Shown here piece after piece: positions 7,727 through 15,533 of a stretch of DNA of 64,000 nucleotides (its first letter is position 1; every line of letters starts with the position of its first letter). Below the pieces are notes generated by a model. It worked only from the letters and a program-made list of their open reading frames with translations. It had not been told where the DNA came from and did not search any database. The DNA is from Fidelibacterota bacterium. Lineage in GTDB: Bacteria; Fidelibacterota; UBA2242; B5-G15. A program made the translations under genes and the position numbers. The DNA lies in the NCBI GenBank assembly GCA_017656425.1, contig JACDNV010000006.1:42542-106541 (forward strand). Direction: 5' to 3'.

Positions 7727-8488
7727 GTGGATACTAAAATTTTACTTGAAAATATACCTAGTAAGATTCGTGATGAGCTATTTAATGCATTTAATGAAAT
7801 CTTAAAAAACTATCGTGAACAAAGATGGGAACCATCTGAACTGAATGGCGGAAAACTTTGTGAAATTATTTACACAATACTAAATGGCTATATAAATGGC
7901 CAAATTCCTGACAAACCTAAAAAGCCCAATAATTTCGTTGATGCTTGTAGAAAATTAGAATCATCCCCTACGTCTTTTTCACATTCAATAAGAATACAAA
8001 TACCAAGAATGTTGATAGCTTTATATGAAATTTGAAATAATAGAGGTGTTGGGCATTCTGGAGGCGATGTTAATCCTAATAAAATGGATGCTACAGTTGT
8101 TGTTTATATGAGCAAATGGTTAATGGCTGAGTTAATCAGAATATTTTACAAAATTGATTCAGATGAAACACAATTAGCAATCAATAATATTATTGAAACC
8201 ATTATTCCTGTTGTATGGGAAGTAGATGGAAAGTTAAGAATACTTCACCCTGAATTGAAAATGAAGGATTCTACTTTATTGCTTTTGTATCATTCAAGAA
8301 ATGGTTTAAGTGAAAAGAAGTTAGTTGAAAATTTAGAACATTCAAACCTGTCTGTGTATCGACGGGATATTTTAACAAAACTTCATAAGAAACGTTTCAT
8401 AGAATTTAACGAAAAAACCAAAATAGCAAAGATTTCGCCAAAAGGGAGAAATTATGTTGAGAATAATCTTTTAAAAAATTTAACATAA
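7727..8488 (+). CDS. hypothetical protein split by a single in-frame TGA at 8033-8035 (two ORFs in the same frame)
   Basis: ORFs 7727..8035 and 8084..8488 are both in frame 2 and are separated only by one TGA. Read-through would give ...LIALYEI*NNRGVGHSGGDVNPNKMDATVVVY... (about 253 aa). Confidence 0.35.
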
Positions 8489-8689
8489 CAAAACGCTCCG
8501 CCTGACCGCCATTCCGCTGGCATCTTATAGCGGTAGGTGAGATTGGTAGTTAGTAAAAAAGAAGAAAGTAGAAATTGTGAAACTACAAAACCCAATTGAT
8601 AACACAGGCTATATGCTATTAAAACGACATATAGCCTTAACCGCTAGACGCAACGCCTATTTTGATATCTGAAAATGTTGTGGTGAACT

Positions 8690-9715
8690 ATGACAAATAA
8701 AGTAGGTCGTAAAGAGATTGTATACAGAGACAATACTATTGATAGGGAGAATCTTCCACTTCCAATAGTGCTCTACCCTGGATTCTACGGGGCTTTTTTT
8801 GGTTTTCGGCAAACAGAAGTTTCTCCCATTATCTTGTGTTCATGCGCGAAAGAGGCAATCGAAAACTATCTGAGGTTCCGGATATCGAAGCCGATTCCAC
8901 TAAATACAGACCCTGGCAGAATGTTCGTTTTGGATTCTATGTACTTTCCACGAGCTCTAGTTGACATTTTGATGAAGCACAATGTACAAAATAACTATAA
9001 AGTAATTAATCACCTTCTATTTGAAAACAATCTTTGTCACGAGTGTAATGGGGTTATCCCAAAATATCGTTACTGTCACGAAATGTATGGAGGCGCATTT
9101 AAGCAAAACTATGGGTGGTACATAAATAAACAGGCATACGAATTTGGTATTGAACCGATATCAAACCGTGTACTTCCTGAGGTATGTCCAAGGGAAATAC
9201 TAGAAATTATCAAGCTCGACCCTATAGAAACACCCAAACGTTATCAGGAATTAGTAGAAACCAACCCTGCTGAGGCAGATAGGTTATGGAAGAAATTTCA
9301 AAAACAGAACAGGCGCGTTTGGAATATCATTGAAAACGAGGTAAGACAAAAATTTGGGCATAGAAAAATCGGGGAATCCTGGACTAGCGAAACCATTCTG
9401 TATTACATCGTACAGTCTCTTTTCCAAGACATGACTGTTATAAGACACTATCGCTCTGAATTCCTTCAAGGATTAGAACTTGATATATTTATTAAAGAAC
9501 TAAAAGTAGGTATTGAGTATCAAGGTATACAGCACTTTGAGCCAGTGGATCACTGGGGTGGTATAAAAGCTCTGCAGAAATTAAAGGCACGAGATAAAAA
9601 GAAAAGAGATATATGCAAATCTTCGGGCATAGATCTTATCTACTTTAAATATGACGAAGACTTAAGCAATGATTTGGTATTGGCTAAGTTAAAAAAATAC
9701 ATTGAAAAATTTTAA
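8690..9715 (+). CDS. fusion protein: N-terminal Cys/His cluster domain plus C-terminal DUF559/Vsr-like PD-(D/E)xK endonuclease domain
   Basis: C-terminus ...RSEFLQGLELDIFIKELKVGIEYQGIQHFEPVDHWGG...DKKKRDICKSSGIDLIYFKYDE matches the DUF559 restriction-endonuclease-like fold (D..i.e.k..IEvdG.qH...D..r...l...G..v.Rf). The middle region has LCHECNGVIPKYRYCHE, a zinc-finger-like motif. Confidence 0.5.
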   Translation: MTNKVGRKEIVYRDNTIDRENLPLPIVLYPGFYGAFFGFRQTEVSPIILCSCAKEAIENYLRFRISKPIPLNTDPGRMFVLDSMYFPRALVDILMKHNVQNNYKVINHLLFENNLCHECNGVIPKYRYCHEMYGGAFKQNYGWYINKQAYEFGIEPISNRVLPEVCPREILEIIKLDPIETPKRYQELVETNPAEADRLWKKFQKQNRRVWNIIENEVRQKFGHRKIGESWTSETILYYIVQSLFQDMTVIRHYRSEFLQGLELDIFIKELKVGIEYQGIQHFEPVDHWGGIKALQKLKARDKKKRDICKSSGIDLIYFKYDEDLSNDLVLAKLKKYIEKF

Positions 9716-9841
9716 ACTTGGCACTGCTTCTAACGGTGAATAAAAGGCTTCGCTATGCTTCACCTAAATTGTCTTCGGCAACTTCTATTATCCGAAAACC
9801 TTTATACGCCATTGCTTGTAATGGAATGGAGGTTATAAACC

Positions 9842-10741
9842 ATGATGCATAAAGGGACACGAACTACAGGTGGGAATATGCCTGCAAAACTTAAACAGAA
9901 AGTCAATAAACTATTAGACGAATTCGGAACCTTAGTCCAAGGCATTTCACAGGAGCGTCATCTTCAGAGAGCAGTTGTAAGAAGTTTGTTAACTTGTAGC
10001 TTAGTAGCGCTTTTGGACAAGAACAACCTTTTCATCCTTGCGCAGCGTCACTTTGGGATGCCGTCCTCTCTATTTATTTATGTTCCTGAAAAGCAACTAA
10101 CCCCACAGCAAGCATTAGGTAGTGCTCGATGGGAATTTGGCCTTGAGGACCCGTTTCTGATCGTTTTCCCAAGCGCGTTGCTCGAACAAGAGGAAGTACA
10201 ACGGCGGCCAGCATTAGAGGCAATTGCTGTTGCTCATGTTGATTCCGAATTTCAGAGGGTAATAAAGATGACAAGTCTTATACAAATCAATCCATTATTT
10301 GGTCCTGCATCATATAGTGTAGATGAGCGATTAGCTTTCGTACTTATGCCTTTTGCTGAGGATCTAACAAGGGTCTATACTTCCATTATCAAGCCCACGG
10401 TTGAGGCGACAGGTTTAGTTTGCCGTCGCGCTGATGATTTCAAAACTAATAAAGCGATAATTCAAGATATTTGGAAAGCAATCTGTGAAGCACGAATCGT
10501 TATTGCCGACCTTACTGATTTGAATCCCAATGTGATGTATGAGCTAGGAATTGCACATACAGTTGGTAAAGAGACAATTTTGATCTATCAACGTGGAAGA
10601 GGAAAGGATCCCAAGTTCCCATTTGATCTGGCACATATTCGAAGAATACAATACGAGGACAGTGCTACGGGTGGGAAGAAATTAGAAAACGACCTTTCCG
10701 ATACATTGAAATCTATACTTGAACCAACAGCAGTATCTTAA
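9842..10741 (+). CDS. SLOG-superfamily / nucleoside 2-deoxyribosyltransferase-like domain protein (C-terminal) with an unknown N-terminal domain
   Basis: C-terminal domain LAFVLMPFAEDLTRVYTSIIKPTVEATGLVCRRADD...IWKAICEARIVIADLTDLNPNVMYELGIAHTVGKETILI follows the NDT/LOG-like Rossmannoid pattern (vF..mPF ... viAdlt..NpNV.yElG.A.a.GKpvi). Confidence 0.45.
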   Translation: MMHKGTRTTGGNMPAKLKQKVNKLLDEFGTLVQGISQERHLQRAVVRSLLTCSLVALLDKNNLFILAQRHFGMPSSLFIYVPEKQLTPQQALGSARWEFGLEDPFLIVFPSALLEQEEVQRRPALEAIAVAHVDSEFQRVIKMTSLIQINPLFGPASYSVDERLAFVLMPFAEDLTRVYTSIIKPTVEATGLVCRRADDFKTNKAIIQDIWKAICEARIVIADLTDLNPNVMYELGIAHTVGKETILIYQRGRGKDPKFPFDLAHIRRIQYEDSATGGKKLENDLSDTLKSILEPTAVS

Positions 10742-10894
10742 AATTACCATAAGAATAGCAACGGCGTATACCAGAGTGTATATGGCTTCGGTTTCGCCTC
10801 CGTTCAAATTCCTCGCTTTGCTTTAAACTTCGGATATGTCCGGATCGTTATATGACATCTGGCTTCAGTTATTTCACAAAGTAGTGAAGTAAAT

Positions 10895-11695
10895 ATGATG
10901 ATCAATATCGACTATAAAAGCGGAATTAAAACCCTTCTGGATGAGTATAAGGGGGTTCTTAACGAAGAAATTAAAAAGGGATTGGAATGGAGACACAAAA
11001 TAGAGAGTAGAAAATTGTCCTGTGAAGATCAACAGGAGTTATTGAAAGATGTAATTGCTCAATTACTTGTTCAGGGGAAAAGTGCAAAGGGAGTAGAAAT
11101 ACAGATCAATAACATTAAAGAAGTAATTGGAGAATGGAGTACAAAAAACGTTGAGAAAAACTTGGATACTTTGGGAATGTCAAACAGGAAAATACAGAAG
11201 TTGAGAGATATTTTACAGTATTTAAAAAGCAACTCTATTGCTGTTTGGGTAATTAAACTGCATGAAGATAACAATCACATACCTCGTATGGGATTAAAAA
11301 GCGATGATGATTTTCTCAAATCCCATGGTTTTTATGAACATTTACCTGTTGACAGGCATACTCAACGTTTTTTATTTAGAACAGGCATAATTCAGTGGTA
11401 TCTAAAGAAAAATAACGATGATGTGTTAACCTTGTTTTCGGAAACATATGAAAAGAAATATAAATTTTTCCAGAAAATCGTAGTAGCACTTTGTGAAAAG
11501 TTCTGTGATGATGTATACATACAGATTCCAGATGTAAAGTTGAGATTAGCAGAAAATCCAGGCATTCTTGACATTGTGATATGGCGTCATTGTGGAGAAG
11601 ATGAAAATCTGGGTTGTAGAAATATCTGTGGAAATATATCAAGATGTAATGAATGTGTATTTAAGGAGGCTTGTTTATGGCATTTATTGAAATAA
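10895..11695 (+). CDS. Endonuclease III-like HhH-GPD superfamily protein with C-terminal Cys cluster (putative [4Fe-4S])
   Basis: IPRMGLKSDDDFLKSHGFYEHLPVDRHTQRFLFRTGII matches the HhH motif plus the VDTHVxRVxxR motif of EndoIII/MutY (LPGVGrKTA.....fg.p..PVDTHV.RV..Rlg). The C-terminus CGEDENLGCRNICGNISRCNEC resembles the EndoIII FeS loop (C-x6-C-x2-C-x5-C). Confidence 0.45.
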   Translation: MMINIDYKSGIKTLLDEYKGVLNEEIKKGLEWRHKIESRKLSCEDQQELLKDVIAQLLVQGKSAKGVEIQINNIKEVIGEWSTKNVEKNLDTLGMSNRKIQKLRDILQYLKSNSIAVWVIKLHEDNNHIPRMGLKSDDDFLKSHGFYEHLPVDRHTQRFLFRTGIIQWYLKKNNDDVLTLFSETYEKKYKFFQKIVVALCEKFCDDVYIQIPDVKLRLAENPGILDIVIWRHCGEDENLGCRNICGNISRCNECVFKEACLWHLLK

Positions 11696-12216
11696 TCTCG
11701 AAGCTCAATGCCTCGCTACCATCATGGTTTGCCCTTATGATTTAGTTCGAAATAAAAATATGGTTACCCTTTATGGACAATTTTCCAACATTGCATTTGA
11801 GATTTGGAAATACAATAAATAAGGAAGTATTTGCGCATACGCCCCGTAGTCTCAGTTCTTATTGATTAACATCGGGATTGCCTATGATCCGTGCCTGCTC
11901 TCCATTTTACAGGCTCCCAAAGATTCTTACCCTCGTTGGCTTTGTTCCGATTTCTATTATGAAAGACTTTTTATAGTTAAAGAAGGAGAAGAAGTCTTCA
12001 TTTTAACAGAGCTGGATTTGAATTAAAAAGATAAATCTATTAATGATAAATGTATCTTTTAAAAAAACACACCAGACAGGTGTCATCGTAAGATTGCGTT
12101 TTAACTTAGTCGAAACAGGAAAGAGGTATATCTATTCCCACCAATTACCCTAATAAAAATCGATATTTAATTCATTCGCTACTTTTTCCTAAAAATGTAA
12201 AATGATTAGGTGGGAT

Positions 12217-12903
12217 TTATTTAATTTTTTGCATTATTATTAAATACTTAAATCCTCTTAAATAGAAATTATACTTTTTAGCTCTTTGATGCCAGATGGG
12301 AGTATTTGAAGTCTGATTATGTCTTGCCACACAGACAATATCTACTGGTTTAAAATATTTTTCGAGAATAGAGTACATCTTAAATCCTACTGGTACAAAT
12401 ATTTTCTTTTTTGCTTGATCTCCAATAAGCCAAGCAATATACTTTCCTTTCTTTAAAATTCGATGTGCTTCTTTTGCAACCTTATCTAATTCTTCGAAAA
12501 ATCTGGGATTTTCACAAGAAATATTACCAATATTGTCTGGGCGGTCATTGTACCTAATGTTGTCTGAATAAGGTGAATCTATAAAAACAAAATCTGCTAC
12601 CCCGTTCTTTAATGGTAATCTTCTAGCGTCGGCTTGTTTTATATCCTTCCTATAAGGAACAATATCAAAACCTAAAACCTTTCGTTTTTCCTCTTTGCAA
12701 ACATCAATAGTAGTTCCACTCCCACACATTGGATCTACTACTAATTCACCTTCTTTGGTGTATCTCTGAATTAAATTCCAAATAACGAATGCAGGAGTTA
12801 CTCCTCTATATTTATTGTCTCCGTGAGGTCTATTACCATAATTTTGTGTTGGATAGTCCCAAAGAGTTGTGGTTTCAAATGGAGGCTTATTATTATTTCT
12901 CAT
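12217..12903 (-). CDS. DNA methyltransferase (N6-adenine or N4-cytosine), R-M methylase 1
   Basis: Motif I VVDPMCGSGTT and motif IV FIDSPY ((D/S)PPY-type). First gene of a three-gene M-R-M operon on the minus strand. Confidence 0.8.
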   Translation of the reverse strand: MRNNNKPPFETTTLWDYPTQNYGNRPHGDNKYRGVTPAFVIWNLIQRYTKEGELVVDPMCGSGTTIDVCKEEKRKVLGFDIVPYRKDIKQADARRLPLKNGVADFVFIDSPYSDNIRYNDRPDNIGNISCENPRFFEELDKVAKEAHRILKKGKYIAWLIGDQAKKKIFVPVGFKMYSILEKYFKPVDIVCVARHNQTSNTPIWHQRAKKYNFYLRGFKYLIIMQKIK

Positions 12904-13579
12904 TCTCCAGTAATTTTTTTAGATCATCAATGAAATGTTCAAAGAGTTTTACTTTATCACTTTCCTCAACTTCTTCATCAGTTAAAACATAACTTCCATC
13001 TAGATCTATCTCAACGATAGCTCTCCCTTTTTTAGGAGGAACTTTTCGTGTTAGAGTTCCATCTTCATCAGGGGTAATGAAGTAAACTTTAACGTGTTCG
13101 GTTGCTCTATCCTGTGAAAGTTTAAGCTTCCAATAACCTGTTTGGGCAATCCGTTCTCTCAAGGTCACCTTACTTGAAATAGCAGCCAAAACCTTACAAT
13201 TCTCTGGATTATAAATAATTATATCAACATCTGGTAGATGCAAGCCAAATTCACCATAATCAATTGCTAAGTTCCTTTTCACTTGACTCAGCTCTTTAGA
13301 TAAATTTATTGTTCTTTCTAATTTATTTCCATTAACAACTTTTAACCCAAGTTCTTCAACTTCATCAGTAATAATATATTGAACTAACTTTTCTAGATTT
13401 TTACCCTTAAATGCTCTCCAGCTTTGTTCATGATCTCCATTTGGGGTAGGATTCTTTAACCAGTCTTGTCTATGAATCTCTTTTGCTTCTTTTAATAATT
13501 CCGAAATATGCTTGTATGCGTTTACTCCAAACTTCTTTTTTTTCTTTAAATATAAATTCTTTAAATCTTCGAAATTCAT
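12893..13579 (-). CDS. putative Type II restriction endonuclease
   Basis: 228 aa ORF translationally coupled between two methyltransferase genes (overlap at 12893-12903, 4-bp gap at 13579/13583). Possible PD-(D/E)xK-like segment LPDVDIIIYNPENCK. No strong family match by eye. Confidence 0.4.
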   Translation of the reverse strand: MNFEDLKNLYLKKKKKFGVNAYKHISELLKEAKEIHRQDWLKNPTPNGDHEQSWRAFKGKNLEKLVQYIITDEVEELGLKVVNGNKLERTINLSKELSQVKRNLAIDYGEFGLHLPDVDIIIYNPENCKVLAAISSKVTLRERIAQTGYWKLKLSQDRATEHVKVYFITPDEDGTLTRKVPPKKGRAIVEIDLDGSYVLTDEEVEESDKVKLFEHFIDDLKKLLENEK

Positions 13580-13582
13580 TTT

Positions 13583-14932
13583 TTACTCCTTTAAGCCAAT
13601 TATAATATATTCAAAGGGGTAGGCTTCTGAATTTGCTTTATCATTATTAGCAAATCTCCCTGTCTTTTCATCCCTTTTTTGAGGAAGTATTTTTAGGGGG
13701 ATTTCCCTTTTTATGATTTTATCCAATTTAAACCCTGAATATTGTAAACTCTCTGAAAAAACTTCAGCATTTAAAATGCTTATACCTTTCAATACAGTAT
13801 TACCAATTACATAGCAACATCGTCCCCCTCTTTTTAAAATCCTATAACTTTCATCAAATACATCTTGCATATCGATAAAAAAAGTCTCGATCTCTTTAGC
13901 CATCTTTTTACTCTTTTGCTTCATTTTATCAACGATATTTTTAGCTATAATACTTTTCAATTTTCTCTTTTCTGAAAGCTTGTAAGCAGAACCAATGAAC
14001 TTTTTTTTATATGCCGTCAAATTATCTGCAAAATCCAACCAGATAGTAGAAAGTTGATGTAAATCAGCGTATTCATAGCTGGTTACATAAGGACTTGAGC
14101 TAACAATTAAATCTACACTATTATCCTCAACAGGCTGTTTTTTAGCATCTTGTGCTTTTATGTTTAAATATTTTATTAGATTTTCTCTAACCTCTTGAGG
14201 CACTACTTTATAAAATTCTTCATTCCCCTTTTGCATCTTTTTTAAATGTCTTCTAAACACTTCCAATGGATCGGCAGGCTTTTTTTTTAAATCTCTTGTA
14301 GGTTTAGTGCTTCCTTGAAGCCATATAGAACAATTCTTTAAAATATGACTAAAAGCTATTAATAAGAAATCTCTTATAATTTCGTCATATTCTTCGTAAA
14401 TTACCCTCAAAATTTTCCCCAATTCAATTTTGTTTTTTTCATCAAACCAATAATTTATTCTTTCGATATGTCTTTCTGGAATTAATGGAGTAATATCTTT
14501 AGAAAATAGTCCAGATAGTCTAATTAAAGTCCGTTCTATTTTCTTTTCTAGATAATTAGGATCAATTGGTGTAGACTTTACCTTTGTCATTAAATAAGCT
14601 ATTTTATTTATGTCCGTTCCACTTGCTTTAAATCCTCTCGAGATAGCAGTAACAATTGTCGTTCCACTACCCATAAAAGGATCATTAATATGAGCATCTT
14701 TAGTAGTTATATATTCATCAATTAACCTTTCTACCAATTGAGGAATAAATTTTGCTGGATATCGATGATAACAATGTGTCCATTTACCTGTATCTTTTGG
14801 TTTTAATTCATTAAAGGACCAACTCTTATCAATTTGTAATTCTCTAAAAAGCTGCAAAATATCTGTATGGTTAAAATAATTAACTTGAGATGTTAGCATT
14901 TCATTTCGTTTTATTTCGCTCACTAGTTTCAC
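13583..14932 (-). CDS. DNA methyltransferase (N6-adenine or N4-cytosine), R-M methylase 2
   Basis: Motif I INDPFMGSGTT and motif IV IVSSSPY with a long spacer (target-recognition domain). 14932 is a GTG; the first ATG (MLTSQ...) is at 14896, so the true start may be 14896. Confidence 0.8.
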   Translation of the reverse strand: MKLVSEIKRNEMLTSQVNYFNHTDILQLFRELQIDKSWSFNELKPKDTGKWTHCYHRYPAKFIPQLVERLIDEYITTKDAHINDPFMGSGTTIVTAISRGFKASGTDINKIAYLMTKVKSTPIDPNYLEKKIERTLIRLSGLFSKDITPLIPERHIERINYWFDEKNKIELGKILRVIYEEYDEIIRDFLLIAFSHILKNCSIWLQGSTKPTRDLKKKPADPLEVFRRHLKKMQKGNEEFYKVVPQEVRENLIKYLNIKAQDAKKQPVEDNSVDLIVSSSPYVTSYEYADLHQLSTIWLDFADNLTAYKKKFIGSAYKLSEKRKLKSIIAKNIVDKMKQKSKKMAKEIETFFIDMQDVFDESYRILKRGGRCCYVIGNTVLKGISILNAEVFSESLQYSGFKLDKIIKREIPLKILPQKRDEKTGRFANNDKANSEAYPFEYIIIGLKE

Positions 14933-15100
14933 TATACCTATTCCTTTCTATCCATTTATAAATAGCTTTTTTTAAATCTTCAATTGCCACCGACTTTAAA
15001 AGAGAGGATTTTTTCTTTCTTTAGCAAGCCTGTAAATAGTCTTTTTGGTCATCTTTAAATAATTAGCAATTTCTTTTATAGTCATAATGTCTGTTTTCAT
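14901..15100 (-). pseudogene. small HTH DNA-binding gene (excisionase/AlpA-type), apparently disrupted; candidate R-M controller
   Basis: Minus-strand ORF from the ATG at 15100 encodes MKTDIMTIKEIANYLKMTKKTIYRLAKERKNPLF* (consensus MTIKEIAeYLkvSkxTIYRLvkeGkiPafKvGg). The expected continuation FKVGGN and ...IEDLKKAIYKWIE... lie in two other frames downstream, implying indels in A/T runs. Confidence 0.35.
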
Positions 15101-15533
15101 TGCTAATTCCCTATGATAATTCTTTAGAATCTGGATATACTATACAAATCAATTAAAATAAAGTCAAGAAAATTGTATGAAATTTTACAATATTTTCCAT
15201 TTTAAGGAAATAATAACAAATTAATGAAATATTGATTTTCATTAGGTTAGCAAGTAGGAATAGATATTCCTTTTTGTCCCGGTAATAATCGGGACATAGG
15301 CTGACGAAAGCACTTATCTTGAGTAGGCTTTTTACTAAAAAAAGACTTCCTGAAAAATATCTTATCTTTTAAAAACTTTGTAAATTAAAAACTAAAATAT
15401 TTCTTTCCTTCTCTTAAAAACAAAATATATCTCAATAACAACCAGGGATAAAATCCAAACAATTTCACATAATCCATTTTTTCACTAAAAAAATTTTTAT
15501 AACTTTGCAACAACTTTACTGGAGGCAGGCTTT

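Noticed and set aside
8033-8035. Alternative genetic code (UGA recoded as Gly or Trp) explaining the in-frame TGA
   Set aside because: TGA terminates ordinary genes in the window (for example the AbiEii gene at 1511-1513). All large conserved genes are intact under the standard code.
8608-8635. Perfect 8-bp palindrome gctatatg...catatagc as a possible operator or terminator
   Set aside because: It is isolated with no flanking U-run and no second copy. It is too little to call a function, and is noted only as a hairpin.
11730-11770. tRNA or tRNA 3'-fragment (att-site remnant), from the GATTTAGTTCGAAAT T-psi-C-like motif
   Set aside because: No acceptor stem, D arm or anticodon arm can be drawn around it. 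A degraded integration-site remnant is the most it could be, and this cannot be supported from sequence alone.
15110-15533. SAM or cobalamin riboswitch in the 400-nt leader of the homocysteine methyltransferase/MTHFR gene
   Set aside because: The leader is almost pure A/T. It has only one short hairpin (gtcccg gtaataat cgggac, 15271-15290) and none of the conserved SAM-I core blocks (GAGGGA, GGCCC, GCAACC) or a B12 box.
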